Assembly (NCBI GenBank): GCA_965248435.1
Contig: OZ252100.1
Span: forward strand, 2,656,001 to 2,720,000
Origin: Candidatus Latescibacterota bacterium
GTDB lineage: Bacteria; Latescibacterota; UBA2968; GCA-2709665
Direction: 5' to 3'
Length of the DNA stretch: 64,000 nucleotides
In this document: positions 21,461 through 31,601 of the stretch, piece by piece
Layout: each line of letters begins with the position of its first letter
Position numbering within the stretch: the first letter of the stretch is position 1
The notes under the pieces: generated by a model
Databases searched by the model: none
The model's input: only the letters and a program-made list of their open reading frames with translations
Told to the model about the DNA's origin: nothing
Made by a program: the position numbers and the translations under genes

Positions 21461-22588
21461 CTAGAGGAACCTCTCTACGAGAAAAGGCTGTAGATCGTCT
21501 TCTGGTTGTCGACCCAGCATCATCTCTGCCACAATCTTTCCGCTGTAGGGTCCGAGCTGCAGTCCGCTGGGACCGTGTCCCGTCGCCAGGAAGAGGTGCT
21601 CCACACCTGGTACCGGTCCCAGCACCGGCAGTCCGTCTTTGCTGAGCGGCCGAAGCCCGACCCTGACCTCCCGAACCTCGGACGCCTTCAACCCGGGGGC
21701 CACGCGGATCGCTTCGCCGAGTACCTCCTTCACTCCATCCTCAGTCGTAAACACACCGAAACCTGAACCAGTCTCTCGTGTAGCACCCACGACCACTCGA
21801 CTGTCAGGCCAGGGAACCATATAGTGGTCGCGAAGCGCGCTGACGATCGGCCAGTTGCTCGTGTCCGTCCCCTTCAGATCCAGGTGGGCGATTTGGCCCC
21901 GCTGAGGCTCCACCGGGATCTGGATCCCGAGCTGTTCCCCGAACGCGTTCGACCACGCGCCGCCCGCGATTCCCACCGCCCTGCCCTCGATGGGCTCCCC
22001 ATCGACAACAACGCCTGACACGGAGGAGCCATCCAGAATCAACTTCTCTACACTTCCCGCCATTTGGTTTAAGCCGGCGTTCTCTGCAGAACGAGTCAGG
22101 CTATGGGTAAGCATTCGTCCGTCGACGCGAGCCGCCTTGAGGTAGTAGATGGCTCCGAGTACGTCACCCAGCGGCGGGAACAGCACTTTCGCTTCACCCG
22201 AAGAGATCTGGAAAAGGTCTGTCTGACTCCCCCCTGAATTCTGGCGTCCAAAGATCAACCGCTTCGCTTCCTGGAATACGGCCAATTCTTCCTGCGAAAC
22301 CGCCACGCGCAACAAGCCGCAAACCGCAAAGCCCGTCTCCGTTTGGGACTCAGCCTTCAGATTAGTAACGAGCGTCGGGTAGTAGGCGCCGGCCTTGGCT
22401 GCAAAACGATACCACGGGTCAGGGTCCCGCGTATTCGTGTCAGGCGAGATGATCCCCGCTCCCGCGTCGGTGGCTCTTCCGGGATCGCATCTGTCGATAA
22501 GGAGTGTCTTCGCCCCTTCAGAGACAAGATGGTAGGCAACGGAGCTTCCAACAACGCCGCCCCCGATCACGATCGCGTCAAACCCCAT
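21461..22588 (-). CDS. FAD-dependent oxidoreductase, D-amino acid oxidase/glycine oxidase family
   Basis: IVIGGGVVG, ATDAGAG, PQRGQ, GLRP...DGLP.LG, ATGHG..G motifs. Confidence 0.9.
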   Translation of the reverse strand: MGFDAIVIGGGVVGSSVAYHLVSEGAKTLLIDRCDPGRATDAGAGIISPDTNTRDPDPWYRFAAKAGAYYPTLVTNLKAESQTETGFAVCGLLRVAVSQEELAVFQEAKRLIFGRQNSGGSQTDLFQISSGEAKVLFPPLGDVLGAIYYLKAARVDGRMLTHSLTRSAENAGLNQMAGSVEKLILDGSSVSGVVVDGEPIEGRAVGIAGGAWSNAFGEQLGIQIPVEPQRGQIAHLDLKGTDTSNWPIVSALRDHYMVPWPDSRVVVGATRETGSGFGVFTTEDGVKEVLGEAIRVAPGLKASEVREVRVGLRPLSKDGLPVLGPVPGVEHLFLATGHGPSGLQLGPYSGKIVAEMMLGRQPEDDLQPFLVERFL

Positions 22589-22702
22589 GAACGCCCTTCC
22601 CTTGTGGGCTCTCAGGGAATTGGCTTTCCAGCCATTCCCTTCCTAGATTATGGCCTGAAATCTATTCTTCTTATTACTGGCTGATGCGAAGGAGGTCCGC
22701 CT

Positions 22703-23734
22703 GTGCTCGTTATTCGACCGGTGACTTTGGACGACCTGGATCAGGTCTTTCAGCTGGCATCTTCCGCAGACCTGGGGCTCACCACGCTTCCCCCTGATCT
22801 GGACCTCCTGGAAAAACGCATCTCCCGCTCACAAGATAGCTTCAAAAGGCCTCTCGGAGAACCTGAAGGAGAGATCTACCTCCTGGTGCTCGAAGATCTG
22901 AAAGCCGGCCGCATCGCCGGAACGAGCGGCATGGTCTCCAGAGTAGGTGGATTCGAGCCGTTCTACGCGTATCAGATCGAAACGGTGATTCAGGAATCTA
23001 AATCGCTTGAAGTTCGGAAGGAAATCCAGGTGCTGCACCTCGTCCAGGAGCACGACGGACCGTGCGAAATAGGAACCCTGTTCCTGTCTCCCGACTACCG
23101 TAAGTCTGGCAATGGATCCCTGCTTTCCAAAAGTCGCTTCCTCTTCATGGCGGAACATCCTCACGCTTTCGCCTCTCCGGTGATCTCAGAACTGCGCGGC
23201 GTAAGCGATCAAGCCGGTCGCGCTCCCTTTTGGGAGGCTGTGGGAAGACACTTCTTCGACATCGATTTTCCCAAGGCCGACTATCTGAGCATGCGCAACA
23301 AACAGTTCATCGCAGAGCTCATGCCCAGCCATCCCATCTACATCCCAACGCTGCCCGAGGAGGCGCGGACAGTGATCGGCCGGGTTCACCCAAGGACCGA
23401 GCCGGCCGTCAAGATCCTGGAAGCCGAAGGATTCACCTTCTCCAACAGAGTGGATATCTTCGATGCAGGTCCGATTTTCAGCTGTCCCCTCGAGCGAATC
23501 AAGACCGCGCGACAGAGCACCAAGGCCCAGATCTCCGACATCGGCGATCAAACCATTTCATCTGAGCCCTTTCTCATCGCCAATACTCGGTGGAGTGAGT
23601 TCCGCGCCTGTGCAGGCAGCTTGAAGTTGAATCCTGACAACTCCGTCCAGATATCCAGAGATGTCGCCTCGGCCCTCGGCGTAAAGGCTGGGGATCCACT
23701 GCGGTTTCGTTCTGCGGCGCGAGTGAAGACCTGA
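22703..23734 (+). CDS. astA: Arginine N-succinyltransferase
   Basis: GLTTLP, EIGTLFL, LLSKSRFLF, ELRG, PFW, DIFDAGP; directly upstream of astB. Confidence 0.92.
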   Translation: MLVIRPVTLDDLDQVFQLASSADLGLTTLPPDLDLLEKRISRSQDSFKRPLGEPEGEIYLLVLEDLKAGRIAGTSGMVSRVGGFEPFYAYQIETVIQESKSLEVRKEIQVLHLVQEHDGPCEIGTLFLSPDYRKSGNGSLLSKSRFLFMAEHPHAFASPVISELRGVSDQAGRAPFWEAVGRHFFDIDFPKADYLSMRNKQFIAELMPSHPIYIPTLPEEARTVIGRVHPRTEPAVKILEAEGFTFSNRVDIFDAGPIFSCPLERIKTARQSTKAQISDIGDQTISSEPFLIANTRWSEFRACAGSLKLNPDNSVQISRDVASALGVKAGDPLRFRSAARVKT

Positions 23735-25116
23735 TGCAATCCCAGCCCGGAATGTCACAAAAGGCCCACGAACTCAACATCGACGGCCTTGTGGGTCCAA
23801 CCCACAGCTACGGGGGACTTTCGTGGGGCAACATCGCCTCTGGCAAAAGCCGTCTCACCATCTCCAACCCGAGAGCCGCCGCCCTTCAGGGGCTGCGGAA
23901 GATGAAGTTCCTATTCGACCTTGGCCTCAAACAGGCCGTCTTTCCACCACAGGAACGGCCCGATATCGTGACCCTCAGGCGCCTCGGCTTCAGCGGCCCA
24001 GATCCGGAAGTGCTTCGTCAAGCCAGGGACCACGACCCGCATCTCCTCGAGGCCTGCAGCAGCGCATCCAGCATGTGGATGGCCAATGCCGCCACCGTCT
24101 CCCCGAGCACCGACACAGCCGACCATCGCGTCCACTTCACGCCGGCGAATCTGGTCACCCAGTTCCACCGGTCCATTGAACCTGACATGACGGCCACGTT
24201 ATTGAAGGCCATATTCAGCGACAAGACCCGGTTCGCCCATCACTCGCCGCTGCCCAGGGGCTCACACTTTCGCGACGAAGGCGCCGCCAATCACATTCGA
24301 CTATGCCGCACGCACGCAGAACCTGGCGTCGAGCTTTTCGTATACGGAACACAATCTTTCTCACCGTCCAGTCGTGAAACGAAAACCTTTCCAGCGCGTC
24401 AGTCCCTCGAGGCCTCCCACGCAGTCGCACGCCTGCACCACCTCGACCTGGAGATGACGCGCTTCGCGCTTCAAAATCCAGACCTCATCGATGCCGGCGT
24501 GTTCCACAACGACGTCATCTCCGTCGGTAACGAAAACGTCCTCCTCTACCACAGCCTGGCCTTTTCCGACGGACCATCCGTCGCCCGGGATCTCCAACAA
24601 ACATTTTCACGCCGGTGCCAGGGTGAACTCAGTTTGATCGAAATCCCTGAGAACCGCCTGTCAATTTCCGATGCCATAGGGTCCTACGTCTTCAACAGTC
24701 AGCTGCTCTCCCTGCCGGATGGATCGATGGCGCTCGTTTCGCCGATCGAATGTCAGGAAAGTTCTCGAGTAAGATCTCTTATTGAGGAGCTGATCCAGCA
24801 AGACAATCCAGTCCAGGCTCTACACTACATTGACGTTCGGCAGAGTATGAAAAATGGCGGGGGTCCCGCCTGCCTGAGGCTTCGAGTCGTAGTCTCGGAA
24901 GATGAGCTGACATCCATGCATCAAGCGGTTCTCTTCTCGGACCAGCTTTACGCAGAACTGTCTGACTGGGTGACCAACTTCTATCGTGATCGACTGGAGC
25001 TGAGCGACCTCGTGGACCCCGATCTCCTTCAGGAAAGCCGAACTGCCCTGGATTCACTCACCCAAATCTTGCAACTCGGCTCTGTCTACCCGTTCCAGCT
25101 CGCGGGAGCGAGTTAG
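23734..25116 (+). CDS. astB: N-succinylarginine dihydrolase
   Basis: DGLVGPTH, SASSMW.ANAATVSPS, DEGAANH, GVFHNDVI, SMKNGGGPACLRLRV. Confidence 0.96.
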   Translation: MQSQPGMSQKAHELNIDGLVGPTHSYGGLSWGNIASGKSRLTISNPRAAALQGLRKMKFLFDLGLKQAVFPPQERPDIVTLRRLGFSGPDPEVLRQARDHDPHLLEACSSASSMWMANAATVSPSTDTADHRVHFTPANLVTQFHRSIEPDMTATLLKAIFSDKTRFAHHSPLPRGSHFRDEGAANHIRLCRTHAEPGVELFVYGTQSFSPSSRETKTFPARQSLEASHAVARLHHLDLEMTRFALQNPDLIDAGVFHNDVISVGNENVLLYHSLAFSDGPSVARDLQQTFSRRCQGELSLIEIPENRLSISDAIGSYVFNSQLLSLPDGSMALVSPIECQESSRVRSLIEELIQQDNPVQALHYIDVRQSMKNGGGPACLRLRVVVSEDELTSMHQAVLFSDQLYAELSDWVTNFYRDRLELSDLVDPDLLQESRTALDSLTQILQLGSVYPFQLAGAS

Positions 25117-25163
25117 CTCGCCTCATCAATCCGCAATCCCAATTCTACAATCCGAAATCTTTC

Positions 25164-25940
25164 CTATTCTCCCATCGCATCGATCTGATCCATCTCCTCC
25201 TGTCCCAACTCCCAATTCATCACGTCCAGATTCTCCGCAAGGTGGTTCTTTGAGCTCGACTTGGGAATCACCACCATGCCTTTCTGGATCAGCCACTTCA
25301 GGGTGACCTGGGCGACAGATCGACCGAGGCGCGATCCGATCTTCGCCAGCGTCGGATCCTTCAGGATGCGCCGCTTGGCCAGGGGGGAATAGGCTGTCAC
25401 GACGACATCCTTCTCCATGCACCAGGCCAGCACATCTCTTTGCTCGGATCCCGGAGAGTAGCTGATCTGGTTCACGCTGATCGGCATGTCAGAGATCGCA
25501 ACAGCCTCTTCCATCTGATCCACGGAGAAATTACTCACCCCGATACTCCTCGCGAGACCCGCTGCCACCGTTTCCTGAAATGCCCGAAGTGTCTCCTTTA
25601 CCGGAACGGAATAGTTCGGCCAGTGAATCAGCATCAGGTCCACGTATTCCGTTTGAAGGTCCCGGACATTTTCTTCACACTGTTTCAGTGCGTCATCGTA
25701 GCGCAGGTGACTCATCCAAACTTTCGACGTGATGAACAGCGCTGATCGATCCACGTCGATGCCCCGCAGCGCCTCGCCGATGGACCGCTGATTCTCGTAA
25801 TACCATGCCGTGTCGATATGCGTATAGCCGAGCGCAAGCGCCTCTTTCACGGCTCGCTGACAGGTCCTCCCGCGAAGGTCCCATGTACCGAGACCGACCA
25901 CCGGGATTTCGTAGCCTGAGCGTAGCTTTACGTTTTCCAT
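25164..25940 (-). CDS. Aldo/keto reductase
   Basis: GLGTW, HIDTAWYY, ITSKVW, LIHWP, GVSNF, AYSPL, IPKS motifs. Confidence 0.93.
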   Translation of the reverse strand: MENVKLRSGYEIPVVGLGTWDLRGRTCQRAVKEALALGYTHIDTAWYYENQRSIGEALRGIDVDRSALFITSKVWMSHLRYDDALKQCEENVRDLQTEYVDLMLIHWPNYSVPVKETLRAFQETVAAGLARSIGVSNFSVDQMEEAVAISDMPISVNQISYSPGSEQRDVLAWCMEKDVVVTAYSPLAKRRILKDPTLAKIGSRLGRSVAQVTLKWLIQKGMVVIPKSSSKNHLAENLDVMNWELGQEEMDQIDAMGE

Positions 25941-26044
25941 ACCCTTATCCGGATTTTGACCGGAAGGACAAACGGCACTGCCCTTCAAGAAGCTTGTTAA
26001 CCCTCTCTAGAAAACATAGTGAACCTGCTCCGGATCAGACAGAT

Positions 26045-27307
26045 CTATTTGGGATCTTCTTCGCCCGCACCCTCCCTGAGACCCAGACCCAGCAACCCTG
26101 CAATCGCAGCGACGACACCATTCGAGAGAAAGATGCCGGAGTAGCCCCATCGATTCCCCACAACACCCGAAATGGCAGGTCCAAAAACGTTCCCCACGGA
26201 GTAGGATTGGAAGAATCCCATAGCGGTCGCCTTGTCTTCATCACGTAAATCCTTGATCGCCAGGCTCATGAGTACGGTGTAGGAAATCCCCCTGCCGAAT
26301 CCGGCAACGATCTGGGACAAGCACAGCAGAGGCACTGTTCTGACATAAGGTACGATGGCTGTACCCAGAGCCACGATGCCGTTGCTGATACTCACGGAGA
26401 CCCTGCTGCTTGACTTTGCGGCGATGACCGACCCGGCAAGGAGGGAGGCAACTGAGGTGGACAGGGTACCCACCATCGTCAAGATTCCAAGCTGCGCCTT
26501 GCTCGCCCCGATGCTGACTCCGTAGTTCGTCACGAACCCGAATCCAGTCGAAAACAGAACATACTGTCCCAGCGCGGCAATCAAGGTTGCCAGTACAAGT
26601 CCTGGACAGCGAATCACCCGTTTTAACTGTTTCAGGGTCGTTTGTCCGGAGGATTTTCGAATCCGCTTTTCGTGAACCAGACCCAGACCAAGAAGGCCAA
26701 GAAGGGTCATCAGGATCGACGCCTTGAACGGGGCAAGCCACCCGTATAGCTCGGCCAGATATCCTCCGGTAATCGTAGCGATCATAATCGCGAGCCCATT
26801 CAGGAACAGGATGTAGCCGATCGACCGCGCGGTCTGAACAGAAGGGAAGTAGCTCGCGAACAGAACAGTGAAGGCAACCCAGGAGCTTGAGGCCATCCCC
26901 GACAGGAATCGGGCTCCGGCCATCAACCAGGGATGGGTAATCAAAATGAAGCCGAGAGAGGCGAACAAAGAGGCAATCAAACCGAATGCAAGAAAGGGTC
27001 TTCGTAGACCGAGCCGGTCGGATATCATGCCAAGCGGAAGACGAAACAGGAGCTGCGCAAGACCGTAGGCGCTGATCACAATCCCTACTGTGCTCAGCGT
27101 CCCGCCGAGGTGTTCGACATAGGGCGCAAGGATCGGAAGATAGAGATAAAGAGAAATCCAGAAGAGGGAGGCGACCGCATATAAGACAGGTACGGCTCGT
27201 CGCGGAAGTTCGGGCCGGATCCCGCCGAGTTCATCCCTTCCTTCCGATCGCTCCTGGTTTTCTGACAGATCCATTACCTTCTCGTCCGTTTCATCTTTTT
27301 GACTCAT
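26045..27307 (-). CDS. MFS transporter (paralog 2)
   Basis: About 12 TM; G.ISDR.G.RR motif A; homologous to the upstream gene; start uncertain. Confidence 0.9.
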   Translation of the reverse strand: MSQKDETDEKVMDLSENQERSEGRDELGGIRPELPRRAVPVLYAVASLFWISLYLYLPILAPYVEHLGGTLSTVGIVISAYGLAQLLFRLPLGMISDRLGLRRPFLAFGLIASLFASLGFILITHPWLMAGARFLSGMASSSWVAFTVLFASYFPSVQTARSIGYILFLNGLAIMIATITGGYLAELYGWLAPFKASILMTLLGLLGLGLVHEKRIRKSSGQTTLKQLKRVIRCPGLVLATLIAALGQYVLFSTGFGFVTNYGVSIGASKAQLGILTMVGTLSTSVASLLAGSVIAAKSSSRVSVSISNGIVALGTAIVPYVRTVPLLCLSQIVAGFGRGISYTVLMSLAIKDLRDEDKATAMGFFQSYSVGNVFGPAISGVVGNRWGYSGIFLSNGVVAAIAGLLGLGLREGAGEEDPK

Positions 27308-28478
27308 CCCTCCGGGGAAGACAGAGGGCGACCAATGCGTTAAGCCCGGCCACGGCCCCTACCGAGAAGAAGAGTCCCGAGTAGCCAGTGTAGCTCCCGA
27401 TCCAACCGGATGCGATCGGACCCGAGAACATGCCGACCGCATACACGGCCTGGAAGAACCCCATCGCCGTTGCGCGATCCGAGTTTGGCAGACCTCTTAT
27501 CGCAAGGCTCATCAGTACTGGATAGGCAGCACCGCGCCCGAATCCAGACACAATCTGACTGATATAGAGAGGGCCAATGTGCTCGAGAAACGGGATCACC
27601 ACGGTCGCGCCTCCGATCCCAACCTGTCCCAATACGACAGTGATTCTTGGACCCAATCGCGGATAGATCCAGGAAATCGTCAGATATGAAACCACGGAGC
27701 CGGAAAGCGTCCCGAGCATCGTCAAAATGCCCAGTTCTGTTTTACTCGCCCCGATACTCTGTGCATACGTCGGTAAAAATCCGAATATCGTGGAGAAAAT
27801 AACATAATGTGTCAAGACCGCCACAGCGCTCGCGAGAACCAGGTCGCGATGGCCGAGGACACTTCGAAGTCGGTGAAATGAGGAGATACGCACCGCCGGA
27901 CTCGAAACCCGCTCCTTCACGAATCCCAGCGCCAGAAGCCCCACGAGGGCCACGAAAGCCGAAGCCCAGAACGGCGCCGTCCAGCCCCAGAGGTCGGCGA
28001 GGCGACCCCCGATAAACGAGGAAGCCATGACGGAAAGACCCTGGCAGATCGTAAGATAGCCCATGGCCCGAACGGTCTCTCGCGGTGGGTAATAGCTGGC
28101 GAAAAAGACAGAAAAGGCGACCCATGCCGATGCAGAGCAGCCGTGCATCAACCGCGCAACCAACATGAACCACGGGCCCGGGGCCACGACAAAACCGAGG
28201 CTGGCAAGCATGCAGGCAATGAATCCGAAGGCGAGAAAAGGCTTTCGTCTCCCGCTTCGATCCGAGACGATACCAACGGGGATGCGGAGCAGAATTTGTG
28301 CAAAACCATACGCGCTGAGGACGACGCCCGTGATGCTCAGTGTCCCACCGCTGTATTCCACATAAGGAGCGAGGATAGGTACAAATACGTACAAAGAGAC
28401 CCAGTAGAGGGAAGTGATGGCAACAAACACGGCCACGCCGCGTCGCGGCACTTCTGGCTTGTCAGACGCTTCTATCAC
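27291..28478 (-). CDS. MFS transporter (paralog 1)
   Basis: About 12 TM; GIVSDRSGRRK motif A. Confidence 0.9.
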   Translation of the reverse strand: MIEASDKPEVPRRGVAVFVAITSLYWVSLYVFVPILAPYVEYSGGTLSITGVVLSAYGFAQILLRIPVGIVSDRSGRRKPFLAFGFIACMLASLGFVVAPGPWFMLVARLMHGCSASAWVAFSVFFASYYPPRETVRAMGYLTICQGLSVMASSFIGGRLADLWGWTAPFWASAFVALVGLLALGFVKERVSSPAVRISSFHRLRSVLGHRDLVLASAVAVLTHYVIFSTIFGFLPTYAQSIGASKTELGILTMLGTLSGSVVSYLTISWIYPRLGPRITVVLGQVGIGGATVVIPFLEHIGPLYISQIVSGFGRGAAYPVLMSLAIRGLPNSDRATAMGFFQAVYAVGMFSGPIASGWIGSYTGYSGLFFSVGAVAGLNALVALCLPRRDESKR

Positions 28479-28526
28479 GCGAGCCCATCCTCCGGGTAAC
28501 TTGCAGGGACAACACTGTCGAACAAC

Positions 28527-28560
28527 AATAGGGTCCGGGATCTGGATCCCCGACCCTATT
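28527..28560. repeat. Long palindrome in the divergent intergenic region
   Basis: AATAGGGTC-c-GGGATC-tg-GATCCC-c-GACCCTATT. Confidence 0.55.
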
Positions 28561-28836
28561 CCAAACGGTCACGCTGCGCCGAGGTGTTCGAATTGCTATG
28601 CGGATGGATCGTGAACTCCGTCCTCGATCCAGGCCTTCCGAGCGCCGAAAGGCAATTCATTTGGGATTTCGAATGAGGCAATTATCCATCCCACGGCTAA
28701 TTTACGGTCAAATCATGCCGGACTCAAGGCACAAAGCCAGACGCTCGGACCTTTTCCTTCCCTCCACGCAGCCCGAATTCTTAAATTTAGTCGTCACAAA
28801 TCTGCCCAGAATACACTCAGAAAGCAGGAGGACCCC

Positions 28837-29703
28837 GTGAAAAAGATAAAGGCACGCATCTTCGAAATCCTTACCGATCCCCCGGAAGGGGATCGTGTTG
28901 GAAATGTGATCTTTAACTCCATCCTCATCCTCATCGCCGTAAATGTCCTCGTATGTATCGTCGAAACGGTGGAATCTCTCGGGAAGGAATTTCCCGAATT
29001 CTTTTACTGGTTCGAAGTGATTTCAGTCGCCATCTTTACCGCGGAGTATGTTTTGCGCCTCTGGGCCTGCACGGCTTCGGGGCTCTACAGCGGGCCTGTG
29101 AGGGGTCGCGTGCGGCTGATCTTCAAGCCCATTTACCTGATCGATATCTTTGCGATCCTGCCCCTCTACCTGCAGGTGATCGTTCCGGGGCTCGACCTCC
29201 GCTTTGTGCGTGCCCTACGCCTTTTCCGGCTCTTCCGGCTCTTCCGCTTCGACAAGCTGACAGAATCTTTTCAGATGTTCAGCGTAGTACTCAGAAAGCG
29301 CTTCAATGAGCTCGTTATCAGTCTTGTGGTCGTATTCTTATCGGTGGTTATCGCCTCCTACGTAATGTATATGCTCGAGCACGGGGCACAGCCCGAGAAA
29401 TTTTCCAGTGTCCCCGCGGCAATGTGGTGGGGTATCGTTACCATGACGACGATCGGTTACGGCGACCTCTACCCGATTACACCTTCCGGGAAACTGGTTG
29501 GCGGAATCGTCGCCTTCTTCGGACTTTGTGTGCTGGCCCTGCCCATCGCCACCATCGGCGCCGGCTTCATGGATGAGATTCAGAGAAAAAGGTCAACGGA
29601 GTGGGGTAGACGAACTGGGGAGATGTCATCAGGACTTGAGTGTCCGCACTGCGGCAAGAGAATCCAGATGCGCGTTACTTCTGAGATAGGAGGGAACGGA
29701 TGA
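28837..29703 (+). CDS. Voltage-gated-type potassium channel (6TM) with C-terminal CxxC
   Basis: S4 RALRLFRLFRLFR, filter TTIGYGD, C-terminal CPHCGK. Confidence 0.93.
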   Translation: MKKIKARIFEILTDPPEGDRVGNVIFNSILILIAVNVLVCIVETVESLGKEFPEFFYWFEVISVAIFTAEYVLRLWACTASGLYSGPVRGRVRLIFKPIYLIDIFAILPLYLQVIVPGLDLRFVRALRLFRLFRLFRFDKLTESFQMFSVVLRKRFNELVISLVVVFLSVVIASYVMYMLEHGAQPEKFSSVPAAMWWGIVTMTTIGYGDLYPITPSGKLVGGIVAFFGLCVLALPIATIGAGFMDEIQRKRSTEWGRRTGEMSSGLECPHCGKRIQMRVTSEIGGNG

Positions 29704-30554
29704 CCGATCAGGTCAGTTACAGTACGGCCGGCTTTGGCGACAGAAACGTGGAGGCCGCCCTGGATGCCATCGCAGCGTCCGGGTATGACTACGCAGAAAT
29801 CGTTGGCCAGGAGCCGCACGTTGCGGAGCCCCTCATCGGGGGGGCCTTGCTAGAGTTTCGCGCCCGCCTGGAGCAGCGAGGGCTGGCCGGCGGGACCGTT
29901 CACGCCCCCCTGACGCGCAATGTACTGGGCGCTCCCGAAGAGGGATGGCGGCGTGAGAAAGTGGAAGTCCTGGGCGCTTATCTGCGATTCACCGCGGACC
30001 TGGGCTCCACTGCCATGGTCATCCACCCGGTCCCCAACCCCCGGTTTGTGCCAGAACCCGAACGGACCGAACTGCCGCATATCATGAACGAAGCCGCGCG
30101 CCGATCTCTCGACGATCTGGTTCCGCTTGCCACTGAAGTCGGCGTTCGTATCCTCCTGGAGAACCTGCCGTATAGGTGTGCTTATCCGCTGCTCGACATG
30201 ACGGAGCTGCGTTCACTCGTGGAACCCTACCCCCCGGAGGCGCTGGGACTCGTCATCGACACGGGTCACGCCTGGACACTCGGCAACGATCCGGCCGAAG
30301 AAATCCGGGCGGCGGGCTCACGTTTATGGGGCACGCACCTGCAGGATGTAGACTACGAGAACCCCCAGGACGATCACTGGATGCCCACACACGGCGGGCT
30401 GGATTGGGGAGCCGTTCGCGCCGCCCTGGAGGACGTGGGCTACGCCGGGCTGTGGACCTTCGAAGTCTCCGCGGGGCGTGCGGAAGAGACCCCGGAAGAA
30501 CTGGCTCGGCTAACTCGCCAAGTCGCAGTGGACTGGCAAACCGACGCATCTTGA
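29700..30554 (+). CDS. Sugar phosphate isomerase/epimerase (xylose isomerase-like TIM barrel)
   Basis: LLEN, DTGH, HLQD, DDH, FE metal-ligand motifs. Confidence 0.85.
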   Translation: MTDQVSYSTAGFGDRNVEAALDAIAASGYDYAEIVGQEPHVAEPLIGGALLEFRARLEQRGLAGGTVHAPLTRNVLGAPEEGWRREKVEVLGAYLRFTADLGSTAMVIHPVPNPRFVPEPERTELPHIMNEAARRSLDDLVPLATEVGVRILLENLPYRCAYPLLDMTELRSLVEPYPPEALGLVIDTGHAWTLGNDPAEEIRAAGSRLWGTHLQDVDYENPQDDHWMPTHGGLDWGAVRAALEDVGYAGLWTFEVSAGRAEETPEELARLTRQVAVDWQTDAS

Positions 30555-30563
30555 CTCGCCCAG

Positions 30564-31196
30564 CTACTCATCCCACACGGCCAGCAGCGCCTGGGAAGAC
30601 ACCACGTCGAGACCAATGGCGCGGAATTGCTTTAAGGCGGCTTCGTGCCCTTCGGGCCGCGGCGAGCGAACGCAATCTTCAACCACCACCGCGTAGTAGT
30701 CCTTGTTCGTCGCGTCCCAGACCGTGGCCTCCACGCACCAGTCCGTAGAGCATCCCACCAGAATGACACTTTCCCGCTGCAAGCTGCGCAGGAAGAGTTG
30801 AAAATCCGTCCCTTCGAAGGCACTGCCCCGATGTTTCGGGATGATAAAATCCCCGGATTCAGGTTCCAGACCGGGGTGTACCTGCATGAGCTCTTTGTCG
30901 GGGGCGAACCGGGATGCGAGCTGCTCCGGCGCGTTCCCCAGGTTCATCAACACCCGAATGTAGGCAGGCGAAATGTCCTGCAAGCCGGGACCGCGCTGGT
31001 TGTAGAAGAAAAACACAGGCAGGCCTGCGGCGCGGGCCGCCCGGGTCAGCGCCTTGACTTTGGCGAAAATGATCCCGTCGGAACCCTGCTCCCACATCGG
31101 GGAATTCTCGATGTCGATCACTGCCAGGACAGCACGCTCAGGCGACAAGACCTCGGCAATAGTCTGACAAACACGTTTGCCTTCGATTGTAAACAT
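30564..31196 (-). CDS. Isochorismatase-family cysteine hydrolase
   Basis: VID, K.R.SAF..T, GCSTDWCVEAT catalytic motifs. Confidence 0.88.
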   Translation of the reverse strand: MFTIEGKRVCQTIAEVLSPERAVLAVIDIENSPMWEQGSDGIIFAKVKALTRAARAAGLPVFFFYNQRGPGLQDISPAYIRVLMNLGNAPEQLASRFAPDKELMQVHPGLEPESGDFIIPKHRGSAFEGTDFQLFLRSLQRESVILVGCSTDWCVEATVWDATNKDYYAVVVEDCVRSPRPEGHEAALKQFRAIGLDVVSSQALLAVWDE

Positions 31197-31260
31197 AGGG
31201 TTTTCTCCTTGCAGTCAGCACTGGTGTGTCGATCAAACCTGGGTAAACTCGCCAGACCAT

Positions 31261-31437
31261 TACGCCATCCACTTCTGCCTTGGGGCCCTGCTTGCCCGAC
31301 TCGAAGGTCGGATCGCCTTGAATAGCCTCTTTGGACGGTTCAGACACATGCGTCCGACGGTCGATCCCCTCGAATGGCAGGAAAACGATGTCTTTCGCAT
31401 TTTGAAAAAGCTGCCCATCGCGTTCGGAGCCGCATAG
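31261..31437 (+). pseudogene. Cytochrome P450 C-terminal remnant
   Basis: YAIHFCLGALLARLEGRIAL...RF...W...FR.LKKLPI is the heme-ligand region to the C-terminus; no upstream P450 sequence. Confidence 0.75.
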
Positions 31438-31485
31438 TCGGGTTCGTTGGTTTGAGGCGATCTACCGATTCGTTCTTTTACGATG

Positions 31486-31519
31486 CCCGGTACCCGTGTT
31501 TTGATTTCCCGGTACCCGG
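31486..31519 (+). repeat. GGTACCCG intergenic repeat copy
   Basis: CCCGGTACCCGTGTTTTGATTTCCCGGTACCCGG. Confidence 0.8.
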
Positions 31520-31532
31520 ACTTCATAAGGCG

Positions 31533-31563
31533 AAGGGCCACACATTCCCGTGTGGCCCTTTTT
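31533..31563. terminator. Terminator hairpin between the P450 remnant and the convergent gene
   Basis: AAGGGCCACAC-attccc-GTGTGGCCCTT followed by TTT. Confidence 0.75.
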
Positions 31564-31601
31564 GGTGCCCGCTGCTCAAATACTTTTCGTTTACTCCGAC
31601 C

